A stretch of 64,000 bases of DNA from the NCBI GenBank assembly GCA_050246315.1, contig JBFWWG010000009.1, positions 32,001-96,000 on the forward strand. Direction: 5' to 3'. The DNA comes from Nitrospiraceae bacterium (GTDB taxonomy: Bacteria; Nitrospirota; Nitrospiria; Nitrospirales; Nitrospiraceae). A program made the translations under genes and the position numbers. Below are positions 62,800-64,000 of this stretch, piece by piece (within the stretch, counting starts at the first letter, position 1; every line of letters starts with the position of its first letter). The notes beneath the pieces were generated by a model. That model saw only the letters and a program-made list of their open reading frames with translations, was not told where the DNA came from and made no database searches.

Positions 62800-63168
62800 G
62801 CCGATCGTGCAAATTCATTCACGGCAATCAGGACGATCAACAGGTGGACGGTTCAACCGAGGTTGCTATGGCGAAGAAAGAGAAGAATCACTGGCGGGGT
62901 TCTCCGGCGGAGTATCAAACACTGAAGAAGGGATGCGCCCGTAGGGTGCTTCTCCGTCGGCCCAGTTACGAAAATACGATGAATAGCCGACGGTTCAAGC
63001 GAAGCTTGGTTTCAAAAAACGAAGAGAAGCGAATCACTGGAGGAATTTCTCCGCGGGCGTCGATGAAGAAGGCTGCGCCTGAGGAGCCCGCGGTTCAAGC
63101 GAAGCTTGGTATAGAAGGGCTTCGCCCGATGAGCCGCCGGTTCAACCGAAGGTTGGGATGGAGGGTGG
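62800..63168 (+). ncRNA. Candidate structured RNA / long leader, copy B (unnamed)
   Basis: Four CGGTTCAA hairpin modules, internal duplications, homology to 41.9-42.1 kb. Confidence 0.5.
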
Positions 63169-63169
63169 T

Positions 63170-63811
63170 ATGACTGGAGGAGTGGGGCACCGTGTGGGGC
63201 TGTGGGTGTTGACCGTGAGCATCGTTTGTCTTGGGGGATGCGCGGGCAAGGGTGAAGTGGTCAATCTGGACTTGACCATCAAGCCGATGGCGCAGGAAGT
63301 CGCGTCGGATGAGACGGTCAAGATCGTCGTGGAACCATTGCAGGACCAGCGTCCGGATCAGACTCGGTTGGGCATTCGCACGCACCTGACGGGAGGCGCC
63401 ACCTATTTCAGCGTGCCGGGAAACAAGACCGGCGAGGCGGTAGCGCGGACCTTGGCGGACTATTTGCGACATAAGGGGTGGCAGGTCGGGTTTCAGACCG
63501 CCGGGCTGGCCCCGACGGAGGGGAAGACCGACATTCTGATGAGCGGGACCATCCGGAATTTGTGGGCGACGGCCAAGAGCCGTTTCTTCTCGACCAAGAT
63601 GGAAGTGAAGAGCAGCATCGTCGTGCGAGCCCAGAACAACGTGGACGGGAGCGTGGAGAGCATCACACTCGATGGCGCCGCATCCGATACCGTGTGGTTC
63701 TTTACCCAAGCCAAACTGCAAGACCTGGTGAATGCCGTCCTCAAAGATAGCTATCACAAATTAATCATGGATACGCGCATCGAAAATCGCGCATGGCGAC
63801 CCCGGGAATAG
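63170..63811 (+). CDS. Lipoprotein (YajG-like)
   Basis: LGGC lipobox, D.RP...LG motif; GGAGGG SD. Confidence 0.7.
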   Translation: MTGGVGHRVGLWVLTVSIVCLGGCAGKGEVVNLDLTIKPMAQEVASDETVKIVVEPLQDQRPDQTRLGIRTHLTGGATYFSVPGNKTGEAVARTLADYLRHKGWQVGFQTAGLAPTEGKTDILMSGTIRNLWATAKSRFFSTKMEVKSSIVVRAQNNVDGSVESITLDGAASDTVWFFTQAKLQDLVNAVLKDSYHKLIMDTRIENRAWRPRE

Positions 63812-63840
63812 ACAGGTCGCGCCGGTGGAAGGTTGGGAGC

Positions 63841-64000
63841 ATGCGTGAACGACGATGGGAGTCGGCGGCCGGCCTTGCGTTCGACGAGATCCTTGGTCTC
63901 GGCGATCGGCTGGCGAAATTGGGCTTGAAGCCGGCGGTACCCACCAAAGACATCATCGGCTACATCGAAGACTGGACCGTTGCCAAGCCCGACGACTTCG
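63841..64000 (+). CDS. Hypothetical protein, 5' end (runs off window)
   Basis: Open frame MRERRWESAAGLAFDEILGLGDRLAKLG.. after GGGAG. Confidence 0.55.
   Translation, partial: MRERRWESAAGLAFDEILGLGDRLAKLGLKPAVPTKDIIGYIEDWTVAKPDDF

Noticed and set aside
62849..63156. CRISPR array from the recurring CGGTTCAAnCGAAGnTTGG palindrome
   Set aside because: Spacing is irregular (142, 100, 47 nt), intervening sequences are themselves repeated, and no cas genes are in the window.
41872..63173. ORFs 41872-42072 and 62844-63173 as a paralogous small-protein family
   Set aside because: Differences in the shared block are mostly non-synonymous and the repeat module occurs in different frames; conservation fits nucleic-acid structure better, though translation is not excluded.

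Overview
GC-rich bacterial chromosome segment; gene content and style suggest Nitrospira/Nitrospirota (inference, not tested). 1-27.5 kb is mostly minus-strand housekeeping: uvrC 5' end, a dapF-like gene, glyoxalase, GNAT, deacetylase, site-2 protease, a complete nuoA-N complex I operon (fused nuoCD, one nuoM) headed by an NDUFAF7/MidA-like methyltransferase, an Ig-domain esterase lipoprotein and secA. 27.6-52.5 kb is a mostly plus-strand metal/envelope region: two DUF2946-like RxPP leader ORFs, a Cys-motif beta-propeller, TonB, TlpA, two TonB-dependent receptors, DsbA, CopA-type ATPase, DegP, an ECF sigma/cupin anti-sigma pair divergent from a globin-DUF4331-TPR-HupE/UreJ cluster, and nikR. 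The right end has MPG, a His-less kinase, cytochrome c, hpnA/ispA and small Cys-rich proteins. Most notable unexplained structure: (1) a modular, covarying hairpin element present twice (41.9 and 62.8 kb), a candidate new structured RNA; (2) period-7 inverted-repeat hairpins wedged between stop and start codons at many gene junctions; (3) a structured insert between nuoCD and nuoE with a perfect anti-SD loop; (4) a stand-alone C4HC3 PHD-finger-like protein. No rRNA, tRNA, CRISPR array or transposase was recognised. All calls are by eye, with no searches run.
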